The notes under the pieces were generated by a model. The model did not search any database. It saw only the letters and a program-made list of their open reading frames with translations, and had not been told where the DNA came from. From NCBI GenBank assembly GCA_012295275.1, contig CM022666.1:8804001-8868000 (forward strand): a stretch of 64,000 bases of DNA, given 5' to 3'. Positions 27,311-40,307 of the stretch are shown piece by piece (the first letter of the stretch is position 1; each line of letters starts with the position of its first letter). Origin of the DNA: Chrysomallon squamiferum. Lineage: Eukaryota > Animalia > Mollusca. Position numbers and translations under genes: made by a program.

Positions 27311-29750
27311 GAAGAATATGGTATTACTGATAGGTTGAGGTAAAGTGCTTTCAACAGTATATATAATTATTATAAGAAGATCGTTTACAAACAAGGTTGA
27401 TCAAGAAAGTATTTGTAACAGCAGTTAGATTCTCAAAATAATTATATTACAACTGTGTCAATTAAAGTTATGTTTTCCTGACAGTAAGGTAATTGTAATT
27501 ATAACCGTTATAGAAATAGGTAATAATAATAATAATAATAATCATCATCATCATATTTTTGTGACAGTAAATGGTTTAAATAAAAATAAGATGACCGCTA
27601 CGTTAAATTAACATACACACACATTCATTCATACATATCTATACGTGTATCTAAACATATCTCTATAAATGTATTATTGTCAAATACACTTGATATAATA
27701 GCAAAGCGTTTTTAAAGAAAAAGAAACAAACAGAAGAAGAAGAAGAAAGAAAGAAAAGAAAAAAAAATAGAAAGACATAAACACAGGTATATATATAATT
27801 ATATACACAGAAGAATTTACTAAAATCTGTGTATAAAGCAAAGCATTTTGTAAAATGAAAAAAAAAGGTAAAGAAAGAATTAAGAAAAAAACACAAAAAA
27901 CAACTCACCAGTCAAAACAGTATGTCGCCAGTAACGCGCACAGAAGAGGTATTATTAATCCAAAGTAACAGATAATCCGCAGGTGAGAAGTCAAGTTCTT
28001 AGCAACTTTAGAGTTGCCGCCCTTTGGTGTCTCTTTAATCGCGGAGATAAAAACGTGAAATTGAATATTCTGTTAGCCGGTTTGCGCACACGCACGGAAT
28101 TACCCGATAAATCTGTCACTAAATCCACAGCTTACGGAATTACACGAATACGAGGAAAGAAAAAAAACCACCATAATAATAATAATAAATGAGCAAACAG
28201 AGAAACGTTGAGAAGTCTTTAGAACAAGAATGAACGCATATAAATAGGCTTTTATGCACAACATATTAGTTTCTCAGTGCTTTTTTCTTTTTCATTTCTT
28301 TTTTTCTTTATTCCTTTTCTTCACTGGCTTGACGTTCTAAACATCTATTTTCAGTCTGACGAGAAGTTATAATATCCATACATCAGCTACACAGACACTG
28401 AAAAGACGTGACATGTCAGATTTTACAGTATGGGTGGGCTTCTTTCCAATATCTCGTTTTCGTTTAACCTCTCTTTCTCCTTTCAAAATGAAGGTTGTGC
28501 ACATCCGCACCGAGAGAAGGAATTACTAAATGCGGTTTTATTCTAGCAGAAGGGGAAAGAACTGGACAATAGAAGATGATAGAGTTTATCAAAAATTTAG
28601 TCATTTTTAGACACACGAAAACATTCACAAAACATTTGCTAATTTAAAGAGCATATATTTGTGTTAGAAACATATTCATATGTGCTTCGTCCTTGCACCT
28701 TTTCAAAACGTTTTGACATTACAAAACAAATAGTTTATAAAATATTTAATCCTTTTCTGTACTTTTTATCCATTTCTAAAGACAGCCATATGTGTCTGAA
28801 GATTCCAGTGTTATTTATATCCAGAGGAATGGGTGTGATTGTGTTTCCTTCATGGTTCTTTCTTTCTATCCCTTTCTTTCTTTCTAACCTTTCTTTTTCT
28901 CCATTTTTTTTTTTTTTTTTTTTTGTTTGTGATTTTCGCATTTGATGTGTGAGCTTCGTGGTTATGGTTATTATTTTCTTTTTCTTGACAAATTTGAATA
29001 TGAGAATAGATACTCCATGAATCATTCGGAGAACACATCGATGATAAAAAAAACACTTAACATAAAATAGTCCTCTTGTCAAAAGAAAATAAACTATTAA
29101 CATTTTGATAAAACATAATTTTTGAATGACAAGCAATTTCATAACATTTGACAAATGAACCACGTGCGTGTATTCTGTGAAACCAACTCCTCTGTTAAAT
29201 TCCTCTTAAAGCAACATTCCAAACACAACTTGCGTCACGAGTTGTAAGAAATGTACAGTTCTCTTTTCGATCGCTAAAAATCCATAAGTCGAGTTCTTAG
29301 CACAGGTAAATTGTGTATTGTGTGTTTTGATGTGTATTTCCACACGCTTGAAACACTGAACGAGCAAACCCGCCAGTTGTCAAAGCGCAGAAACAAACTG
29401 GAAAAACAAAAAATATTATAAAAAAGAAAACAACGATCGTGTACAAGACAAAACGTCTTCTCCAAACGCCTTAGTATCGAGGCAACATACAAACACCTTT
29501 ACAGCTAATCAGACTGAGTCATGACGATACAATCAGCTGCAGATACACACAGTCGTGTTAAAGCAAAGGAAAATAAATATTCCAATACCATGTTCGTTTC
29601 ACAAAAGCCTTATAAATAATCAGAATCACAGCAAATAGAGTTACACGTAAATGTTTCAGTATTAAGAAGGATATAAAAACTTTGAAACGAATAGAAACAA
29701 ATATATCAATACTAGGATATTTCACAAACCTGTTCAGGTTGAAGTAAATT

Positions 29751-30025
29751 AAATCACAATGTCGACATATCGGATACAAATCGTATCTCGATAGACACAA
29801 GCAGTTTCTCGTTACGTAAATGCAGTCACAATGTCGACAAAATGGATACGAATCGTATCTTAATAGGCACAAGTACTTTGTCGTTACGTAATGCAATCAC
29901 AATCGACAAAATGGATACGAATTATATCTCGATAAATACAAACACTTAATCGTTGACGTAAATGGAATCACAATCTCGACAAAATAGATACAAATCGTAT
30001 TTCCATAGCTACAAACACTGCCTTG
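29751..30025. repeat. ~70-72-bp diverged minisatellite, 4 copies, with internal palindromes
   Basis: Unit approximately AATCACAATGTCGACAAAATGGATACGAATCGTATCTCGATAGACACAAGCA...TCGTTACGTAAATGC. Confidence 0.92.
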
Positions 30026-31022
30026 ACTCCAAGTTAATACAGACAAACATTCCTGTACGCAGACAAATGGAAACAAACGTCTCTTGCACCAGCACGACTC
30101 ACAAACGCCTTCTCGTTGGAGCTAAATGGAAGCAAAACGGAACAGACGATCCCACGATCAACTACAACTACACGACTGCTAAAAGTTCGTTGTTCTGACT
30201 CTTTTGGGAGAATAAAAAAAAAAACATGTGCTATGACAAAAGTCGAGACAGGCATTATGCTATTGTAAAATGTCGACAAAAGTAAACAATGGCCATTGAA
30301 ATGCTCGGTGTATTAGTTCCAATAGACCTTTTTCAGAAGGTCTAAAGTTTTCGAGGGGAACAGTGGCAAGTAGCTATTGTGAAGCAGAGACAGCATTGTA
30401 CGTTAACAGCCCGCGCTGAATGGAGTTATGTGTAAGGGAACAACTTCCACTCAATAGAACGGTGTATATCTTACACTGTATATTGTCTTCGTCTTCAAGT
30501 ATCGTTTCACAAAAACTGAATGGCGGCCGACTGGTTTTCCTTTACAATGGCGTATCTTTGTAACCGAGGACGAGCGCTTTTCTCTTTTTCTCAATGCCCA
30601 GGAATGTTTCAAATGTGAATTGGCAAGCTAGGAAATAAAAGAGGTCGTGGTTGTGTTTTTTTTTACTTCTTTTATTTACTTGATTTTTTATTTTTTTTTT
30701 CTTGGCTGTAATTCGATATGTAATACGGATGTTTTAAATCTATTTCTTTTCTTTTCTAGAAGTCTCCTGTAACAAAAGGTCTAAGTTGTAAGATTTTCAA
30801 CGTTGGGTGACCAACAGTTTGTGGTTGCTTGTCAAGATATCTGTATATTTTTTTTTAAAGAAATGACTGAAAAGCAGAAGACAGAAAAAGAAAAGTAAAC
30901 ATGTTAAATTTAAGAGATACTGTAGCGGTGTAACTGAAATGTTTCGCCTGTGAAAAAATGCTTTCTGTTATACATCATATGACCGAAACAGTATAGTGAA
31001 AAACTGCAGTACTCTTCTTTAT

Positions 31023-31024
<2 letters not shown>

Positions 31025-31092
<68 letters not shown>
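31025..31092. repeat. (CT)n microsatellite
   Basis: About 34 perfect units. Confidence 0.98.
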
Positions 31093-31095
<3 letters not shown>

Positions 31096-33079
31096 TAGTT
31101 TTTCTTCTTTCTCTTTCTCTCCTTTCATTTTCACTTTTCTTTATTTTTTCTCTTTAAGTCTATTTCTTTCTGTCTCCTTCCTTCCTGTAGTTTTATTCAT
31201 TATCTTTTTGTTATTTCCTATCATAACACAATTATACAAAAAATGGGGGATAACAACATAATTCGTCAATATTAAAATGTTTTCCCCAGTTTCAATAACA
31301 AAAATTAACTCACCATAATAATAATAATAATAAATAAATAAAAACAACACATGACCTTTGATGGCTGCACAGAAATTAATACACAAATAATGAAATCTGC
31401 CTCAAAATACGACGGTATTGGATTTGAAAGATGTATATTAAATTTCACTTCTTTATATTTATGAAGTTTATGGTTAAACATTTTTTATAATATATGTTTT
31501 GATATGTCTGTTTTGTTCGGGTGTGTCAGTATTTTTTTTATTTAATGTGTTTTTTTTCTTTTTTTTCCACTGTATGTACTTTTTTATGTGTCTTAAGATA
31601 TGTATATTTATGACTTCACTGTAATAAAAGTTGGTGGTGGTGTAGTAGTACTTGTAGTAGTAGTAGCAGTAGTATCGTACTTGTAGTAATAATAGTGGTA
31701 GTAACTTAAGAAATATTATTATTATTACTATTAGTAGTACTAGTGATAGTAGTAGTGTTACTAGTAATAGTAGTAGTAGTAGTAGTTGTTGCAGTAATAG
31801 TAGTAATAGTAGTTAAAGTGGTTGTAGTACATGTATATAGCAAAGGTTTCAGTACAGTGTGTATGTGCGTACGTATTTGCGTACTTATATGTATGTTTAT
31901 AAATATTTATTTAGTTAGTTAGATAGTATTGGTGGTGGTGGTGGTAGGTGTTGCTGCTGTAATAGCAGTATGTTAAGTTGTGGTAGTAGTAGCAGTCTCG
32001 GTTATATTGTTTGTAATCCAGATAGTTTCAGGATTATGGACTGTGTCTGAAAATGTGTGGCTGTTTGTGTATTACTGATTTTTGTAAGTGTATAAGTATG
32101 CATATTTATGTTTGTTAAATTCTTTGTGTATATTTTTTAATTCTGTTCTCTATGTGAATATATCTGAGTATGATTTCTTATTGTTGTGCAAACGCTCACC
32201 AGAGATTTCTGTGTTCATGAATTATTTAATAAATTTCAATGTATTTTTTATGCTGTCTTTAGCTTTTTATTGTTCGCTTTTAGTTCCGTCACGATATACA
32301 ACTGTAAGAATATTAATATTGTCTCTGACAGATACAGTGCAGGCATAACGATATTTAGATGGTTTTAAGATCTTTAAAGTTAGGTAATAAAACGGAAGGC
32401 GTACGGAGGTACAAGAGAGAATATTAAATAAATATGAAAACGAAGGGGAACTGGATAAATATATATAGATATATATAGATATATATTATAATCAAACAAT
32501 GAAAAGCGGGCGGTGTGTGGAAATAAGACTACCGTAGTCTCTCACTGAAATGGAGGGTGTAGTTGTATAAGAAAAATATATTTTATTAAGTGAAGGAAAT
32601 GGAGAGGTACACAGGGACAAAAGAGAACACTCTGTTCAATGAAAGAAATGTAGAGGGTACATGAGTACTAAACTTATTCATATTTCAATGACTGTTTTGT
32701 TGTTGTTCGCTATCGTTACTAATATAAACGTTTAAACTATTTTTATAAATTTTTTTGTTTGTTTGTTTTGTTCTCTTAACATATAAATCATTTGAATCCA
32801 TTTGCAATATTGACTACAATGGCATTTATGGGTTACAGGCATAACCAAGCCTTATTTAAATTACTTGAACTATTGTTATTATTATTTATATTTATTTTTT
32901 TAACTGAAGTAAGTTTCTAGTGAGATAGCTGTTAGAAACACAGCGGTCTAACGTGTTGAAATCACGGACTTACTGACAGTAAAGGGATCGAATCGTGAGA
33001 GCGGATTTGTTTTTTAATTCTTTGTTTGATTTCTGTGTGCGTGTGTGCGTTCCTGTGTGTTTCATGGATAACAAGACAG

Positions 33080-33082
<3 letters not shown>

Positions 33083-33158
<76 letters not shown>
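33083..33158. repeat. (GA)n microsatellite
   Basis: About 37 perfect units. Confidence 0.98.
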
Positions 33159-33163
<5 letters not shown>

Positions 33164-33195
33164 AGAAATTTCACTTACCGAACAACAGAATCTTC

Positions 33196-33386
33196 TGACG
33201 TCACAGTTTTCAATAATCCATTATATTTAATCCTTTAATCCGTTATATCTAATCCGTTAATCCAAGAAAAGATATATTCTTATCCCGAAATACGTATATC
33301 CTTAATCCTACTCTGCGGGATCACTTGATATGTGCACGTCTGTGCATTTTTCACAACGCCTACACCAGATCAGCAACCCGTAATCC
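33196..33386 (+). promoter_or_regulatory. Homotypic TAATCC (K50 homeodomain) cluster next to a CRE
   Basis: TGACGTCA at 33196-33203, then TAATCC at 33214, 33228, 33236, 33250, 33258, 33303 and 33381. Confidence 0.5.
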
Positions 33387-33839
33387 AATCTAATATCTGC
33401 ATTCAAAAAAACACAACATCCAAAATAAATATCAATTCTTGAGGAGTCAATAGAAGAAAAAACAAAACTGAAACACAAAAATCCCATTTCGCTTCAACGC
33501 GTGATCCAACTTTTCTGACACACCGAGATGGTTATCGTTTTCATCGGAATTATCTCCCCTGACAGGCGTGTTTTAATTTCGTCGCCGAACCTGCAAATAA
33601 ATGAAATATGATACAGTTTTTATTTTCACTTCGTTTCGATTTCCCGTCACTTGCGTTTTGCTTACAGTAATGTGCTGCGTTTTAAAACTGCCCAGGTTTA
33701 ACCCTTTCCGTCTGCGGACGTGTAGCCGCTGCTAAATTACATCCGCTGTACCGTCGTCCACGTCATCGAGAGCTGACACGTGTCCTTTTTTCTTTTATTT
33801 ATTTCTTTTTTCTTTATTTCTTTATTTCTTTATTTATTA

Positions 33840-33889
<50 letters not shown>

Positions 33890-34179
33890 TTGTGTGTGCT
33901 ATGTGTGTGTGTTTGTGTGTGTGTGTGTGCGCGCGTTGAAAACGAATTTGCGTAATTCTATCATGTTTTTACGCGAAACCTTTGAACTTGATTGATAGTT
34001 TTGGTAAAGACTTACAAGTGACGTTTCCAGGTTTAATGATAATGTATTAGCTTGTTACAAAGTTTACAGTTTCAACTGTATTAAATTTCGTACGAAGATT
34101 GAGAAACCGTTGAAAAAAAAATTCTAAATGAAATTTACGATAATTAAAATAAATGACAATAACATAATTTAAGAAATTA

Positions 34180-34219
34180 CAATAATAATAATAGTATTAA
34201 TAATAATAATAATAATAGT

Positions 34220-34254
<35 letters not shown>

Positions 34255-34545
34255 CAATAATAATAATAATGACAATAATAATAATTATAATTATAATTAT
34301 AATGACAATAATAATAATGACAATAACAATAATAATAATAATAATGACAATAATAATAATAATAATAATAATAATAACGACAGTGATGATGATTTTGATA
34401 ACAATAATAACAAAAATAATTATTATTATAAAAACAACAACAGCTACAACAATAATAATAACAGCAGCAGTAATACTAGTAATTTTAGTTTTAATTTTAG
34501 TAATAGTAGTAGTAGCAACGACAACGACAGCAGCAGTAGAAATAG
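34180..34545. repeat. (AAT)n with GAC interruptions grading into decayed trinucleotide repeats
   Basis: Recurrent aataataatgac units. Confidence 0.93.
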
Positions 34546-36049
34546 TAAAGTTTTAAAAACTTTCCATCTGGCTGGCTGGCTGTCTATTTGTATGTCTTTG
34601 TCTCTCATCTGTAGCCTATTTATAACTACACAAATATGTGTGTAAGTACCTACCACGATATAACCAACACGTGTACCGGAAAATAACAGCAAATCCGATT
34701 TTCATATCTGTGTAATAAACAAGATAATTTTCCTTCGAAATTGACATCACTTTCTCTTTTGAAATGTACAAAACCGAACTTATTCACCCAACCGTGACCA
34801 CTTCAGCACGGACCGATATTAACACGCACATTTCTATGGCCAAACTGTTGAAGCGTAACAGGACTGTGTAATCGAGGTTAGCAGTGGAGTCTCGTGCTGA
34901 CGTAGATAGCATGGTGCTCGTGGACGGCGAGAACTCCCGAACCCCCCCCCCTCCGGTTTTACATACAGCCCCAGCAGTTTAACTAAACAATGCGAGTAAG
35001 TGAAATTGACAAAAGCCTGGTTTGAAATCGACAAAAGACTACAAATGAAATTAACAATAGGCTCTCGAGATATCCTTTGTGCCGGCTTTCTGCGCTTTTC
35101 ACCTTTTCAAATTCAAATCAATTTGTCAGCGAAAATCTTCGCTTTGGAGACCTCTCCGCTAAAAAATTCTATTCATAAACAACTGCCAAACGAGATGACA
35201 GAAAAATTTTAAAAGCCCGAATAAAAATTAGAAAGGAATTTTAAAATCACTTTTGTCTTGTCGACTGCGTAACAGTCTCATAAAGATGAGAGCAGATATA
35301 AAGTTATTATTATATTTAGGATTGAAAGTTGAAAAAAAGAAAAGAAAAAGGATAACAATTGTCATGTTTCCTGTTTGCTTTCAAGGGATTATAAATCACT
35401 TTTATTTATCATACATTTATTTTTTTTTCGTAAAAAATAGAAGAAGAAAATAATAACAAATAAATGAAAGAGGTAAGAAAATGTTTTTTGAATTGCAAAT
35501 TAGTCTTCAGGAATATCTTTATGAAATCACTTCAGTCTGCAGGCGTTTCTCTCTTTCTGTCTTTCTGTTTCTTTGCTTCTCTGTCTCTTTCTCTCTATCT
35601 TCCTATTTGTGTTTTTTTAATATATTTTCTTCTCTATCCAGTCTGTTTTATGTTTTCTTTTTCCTTCATTTTTAACAAATGTATATATTCCGAATCAATA
35701 CGTAAATGTTTATAATTTGAAAAAAAAAAAAAAAAATTTACAGTGTTTATCTATTCACAATTCTTGGCTTTGCTCTGTCTTCGCCAGTGCTTGCCGCCAT
35801 ATCCAAACCAAACTGGCTTCCAGTCCAGCTCAAACACCATTGTGAGCATGTGGATATCAGTTTTATTTATTTCATTATTAATTTTCTTAGGCGGGCTGAG
35901 GGTGCTGCGCGCACCTGGGAAAACCCTCTCAACAGCAGAAAAAAAAAAAAAAAATGAATGTGTTAGTTTTATAACGAAAGCAATATCGCTTGATCTCGAA
36001 ATAAAAAAGTAAAATAAAATAAATCTTTGCCATTCCTTCCTCTCGAGAA

Positions 36050-36330
36050 TTTGTTAGCATCCTTAATAAACGATCAGTTTAAATCAAATCAGCTCTTAAT
36101 TCCTCTAACCAGTGTTACAGCCGCGGGTAAATTCCCGCCGTTTCCCGCGCGCCGACTAGCGCGCGCGCTGCCTTACGATCGTCGCTCAATTTCAGCTGAC
36201 AAGCGTCGCGTGACGGTTCCCATTCCCAAGTAATTGGCGGCACGCTCGTGCTATTTGTCTTAAAGGGACATAATTCAATTCGTTATTGATTGCCCCTTTA
36301 AGACCGCTACTACTGTGGCGCCGATTTGTT
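36050..36330. promoter_or_regulatory. CpG-dense island
   Basis: GCGCGCGC runs, E2F-like TTTCCCGC (36141) and TTCCCGCC (36132), TAATTGG. Contains the inverted repeat at 36257-36304. Confidence 0.4.
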
Positions 36331-36881
36331 TCCGTATTTTAACCTTTACTTCTATTTTTATTTCTTATTTTTTATTTTTTATTTATGGAGGGGGAGAGGG
36401 ATCCTTTTTTAATTCTAATTTTATTTTGATTTTTTTTGTTTCTTATTTTTTATCTGTTATTATAAGGGCCAACCCTCATTTAACCCTAATTTTTTTAACA
36501 TTAACCTTTTCCTTCCTGTTAACGTAATTATAATGTTAAAGATGATAAAATGTGCTTACCTGTCAAACACCGTTAGGAAAAAGGTTTATTACATCAGAGG
36601 CCCCTTTAAGGATTTTCAGTTTTCAAATAGCTGTTCTCTTAATCTCAGAGTAGTAAAAAGAGTGTTAGTACTGCCATGAATTCAGTGATTTTTATATACT
36701 ATCTTAGCTGTAACAAAATACAGGTCTGCTTCATCTTAAATGTTAAATATATATAGACATATTTGCATTTGATTTTATTGCTATTTTTTAAAGTGGTTTG
36801 AATAGTGTGTATGTATGTATGTATGAATGTATCCATACTTTCAAAGAAATAGTTTCTATTAACATACAAACATTGATTCAT

Positions 36882-36912
<31 letters not shown>

Positions 36913-37378
36913 GTATACATATACATACAGAGACAGAGAAAGACAGACACACGTACGTCTGTGCATGTATGTAAGCATGCTAGTACTGTTGTTCCCACCT
37001 ATTTATATCATTTTCGATCATTTTAAATCGTTTTTTTTAACACGATTATTGTGTTACATTATTAACATTTTATTTTATTTAACGCTTTGCTTGGTTTACT
37101 TCTCTTATATATTTTGTTTTTGTTGTTCTTTTTCTTTGTTTCTTTGTTTGTTTTCCTTTTGTTTTTGCTTTTTTTTTATTTCCCATGCGGGCCCGAAATA
37201 GAAAAAGTTGTATATGTAAGTACAGCTGTAGAGTTTATCAAACAAGACCTTCCCTCAACCGCTCTTTGGTTTATCAAATACTTTATATTTTATTACAACC
37301 CAGTATAACATCAATACTTTTATCATTTATAAATTAATATAATATAGTATAATATAATATAATATAATATAATATAAT

Positions 37379-37462
37379 TACTTACGACTTTGAAATATCC
37401 AAGCGTCTACGTTAAAATTTATAATTTATTCATGACGTCACAATACCGTGACCTTTAACCTA
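37379..37462 (+). mobile_element. Dispersed repeat relic, copy B
   Basis: TACTTACGACTTTGAAATATCC...AATTTATAATTTATTCATGACGTCACAATACCGTGACCTTTAACCT, homologous to copy A. Confidence 0.6.
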
Positions 37463-38389
37463 ACGTTACGTTGTTCACCTGGCGCAAGCTAATAAAAGAT
37501 TATCTATATGCTGTTTGTAAACACTTGATACATTCACGTGCTTGCAGTTTCACGATATATAAACCAGATCAGAAACTCGCAATCACGTCCACTCTCCCTA
37601 TAAAATATTTAAAAACCAAAACATCACAAATAAACATCATTTTAAAGGCCAATTTCTCCAAAACACTGGCGCTGTTGATATTGTTCGGTTTTATTTATTT
37701 ATTTGCAGTATTAGTAGAAGAAGCAGTAGTAGTTATAGTAGTAGATATGTAGTGGTAATAGCAGAAGCAGTAAAAGTGGCAGTAGTATTTAGAAAAGGAG
37801 TAGTAGTAGTAGTAGCAGCTGTTGTCGTAGTAATAGCAGCAGCAGTAGTTTTAAAGAAGAATCATCTATAGCATTAAAAGTTGCTGTTGTAGTTATAGTA
37901 GTAGTTGTCATAGTAGTAATTGTTGTTGCAGTAGTTGTAGTAGTAGCAGTAATAGCCATATCACCAGTAAAACAGATCTCCTGCCCACTCTTACTTCCAC
38001 AATATTTGTTTTTTTCGTTTCTTTTATCCTTCACACCTAATCACCCTGACCTCTCCCCACCCCCTGAGTTTCTGCTGTTAGATCAGTTTCACGCGGGACG
38101 TACCAAATACCGCGAAGAGTTAAAAAGTGCCCGCGCGCTGCTCGTTGTCACTGTCGAAGACGAGTGACTGCGACGTGTGCCCCGCTGGGACTGACGACTG
38201 GTATCCGGTAATTTGTTTACACAGCGTAAAATTATGTCTACACCTGTCGACTCAAACAAATATGACCTGTTAACTGAAGCAGCAATTGGAATTAAGGGTG
38301 TTTTTTTAAAAGCGAGAGAAAGATATATGGAGATGTGGAGAGAAGATAAGACTAGGGAGGGAGAGAGAGAGGGTTGAGGGTGGAGGGAC

Positions 38390-38403
38390 AGAGAGACAGA
38401 GAC

Positions 38404-38494
<91 letters not shown>

Positions 38495-38512
38495 GTGAGT
38501 GAGTGAGTGAGT
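38390..38512. repeat. (GA)n followed by (GAGT)n
   Basis: Directly visible. Confidence 0.97.
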
Positions 38513-38834
38513 TAGGGCGGAGAACAGAGAAAGAAAGAGAATTAAGAGAGACAGAAAGACAAAACCTAGACAGTGAGACTGAAAGAAAGAATGAAAGAAA
38601 GAGACAGAGACAGGTAGACAAATAGAAAGTATTGTAATTATGAAAGGAATATGTTCTCAGGCCGTTATACTAACATGAAGCATTGAAGTAGATTTGTATT
38701 AATTATAAAAAGTTTTTTCTTAGTTGATATTTGAAACTTCCACTCGTTTTAATGCTCTTCTTTAGTTACTAAATATAAATATAGCTTTGTTAATAACTAC
38801 TAATACTATTACTACTACTGTTACAACTACTACT

Positions 38835-39005
38835 ACTACCACTAATATTAATATTAATACTAATATTAATATTAATACTAATATTAATATTAATACTAAT
38901 AGTAATATTAATATTAATACTAATATTAATACTAATACTAATATTAATACTAATACTAATATTAATACTAATATTAATACTAATACTAATATTAATACTA
39001 ATATT
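38835..39005. repeat. Hexamer mosaic repeat (AATATT)/(AATACT)
   Basis: Alternating AATATT and AATACT units giving the NINT-type pseudo-ORF. Confidence 0.95.
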
Positions 39006-39166
39006 ACTGTTAGCACTACTACTACTAATACTACCACTACTATAACGTATTATATTGCTGCTAAGCTTACTAAAGCATTCCTATTATTATCGTTACTACT
39101 ACTACTATAACTTTACTTCTACTACTACTATTACTACTTCATACATGCAATTATTTATTTCTTTGT

Positions 39167-39167
<1 letters not shown>

Positions 39168-39225
<58 letters not shown>

Positions 39226-39260
39226 TTCATTCATTCATTCATTCATTCATTCATTCATTT
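39168..39260. repeat. (ATTT)n(ATTC)n compound repeat
   Basis: Directly visible. Confidence 0.96.
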
Positions 39261-39973
39261 ATGTATTTATTTACAAATTAACAGATGTGCCTGTAGACAC
39301 TCAAACAACCAAACAAACCAGATTAATAATTACATTAACAACCTTATAATCTTCACCGTATCTTATTCCAACCCTAAAAACAAAAAACTCCACCCTATCC
39401 ACCCCTTCTCCGACTGAACATTGTTTTATCTATAAAACAAAGCCTCTCCCTCGGGGCGTAATTATCAGTCGACGGAGGGTCCCCGTGACAAGGAAACTGA
39501 GGTTGCCCGCGGCTTCCACTGTAAAGTAAACTGAATACAGCCAAGTCTACTACACAAAATGTCTGATTCTCAAACAATGCGCTCCTATTTGCACCATGTG
39601 ATGCCAGCCACGAGAGGAAAATGGAAGATATATTTATGGCTTTCGGAATTCTATGGCGGGCAACGAAATCGTCAGCCGCCTGTTTATAGCGAAGTCGAGA
39701 AGCGAAGCTAAATAGTTATGTTACTCGCAAACAACAATAGAATCTTTTTCCTCTTTTGTTCTTTATGAGTTGAGGGATTCAACTGGAATGAAATGATTAT
39801 AGGAATAATTTTTTTTTTTTTTCTCTCTCTCTCTTTCTCTCTTTTTACATGTGTAGCATGTGAAACAAATCGTTTTTCGTTTTGTTTTTTAGACTTTGTG
39901 ATTTTCTGAGGTTTTTGTATTCAGTAGGAAGATTTTAAATGAAATAAAAAGCATCATAAAAATACTTCTTACA

Positions 39974-39987
39974 GTTGCCATGGCAAC
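39974..39987. promoter_or_regulatory. Perfect RFX X-box palindrome GTTGCCATGGCAAC
   Basis: Exact 14-bp match to the palindromic RFX consensus. Confidence 0.6.
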
Positions 39988-40220
39988 CAATTATTGTTAA
40001 TTTCCATGTGCGATGAGTAATAATCATTAGTGGAATCTGCACAGAGCGGTTATAACGAAATCTGTTTGTTTGTTAAAACACGGACAGAACAACGGACAGG
40101 CGGACAGTCCAGTGAAGACAACATTTACTAAGATTTCTTTATAATCATTTATTTTATAAATAATTAAATTATTAATACATTCATATAAATAAATAAAAAT
40201 AAATAAATAAATATATATAA

Positions 40221-40224
<4 letters not shown>

Positions 40225-40304
<80 letters not shown>
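40225..40304. repeat. (AT)n microsatellite
   Basis: About 40 perfect units. Confidence 0.98.

Positions 40305-40307
<3 letters not shown>

Noticed and set aside
34802-34816. REST/NRSE-like TTCAGCACGGACCG
   Set aside because: Half-sites lack the required spacer, and canonical REST is not expected in a probable invertebrate.
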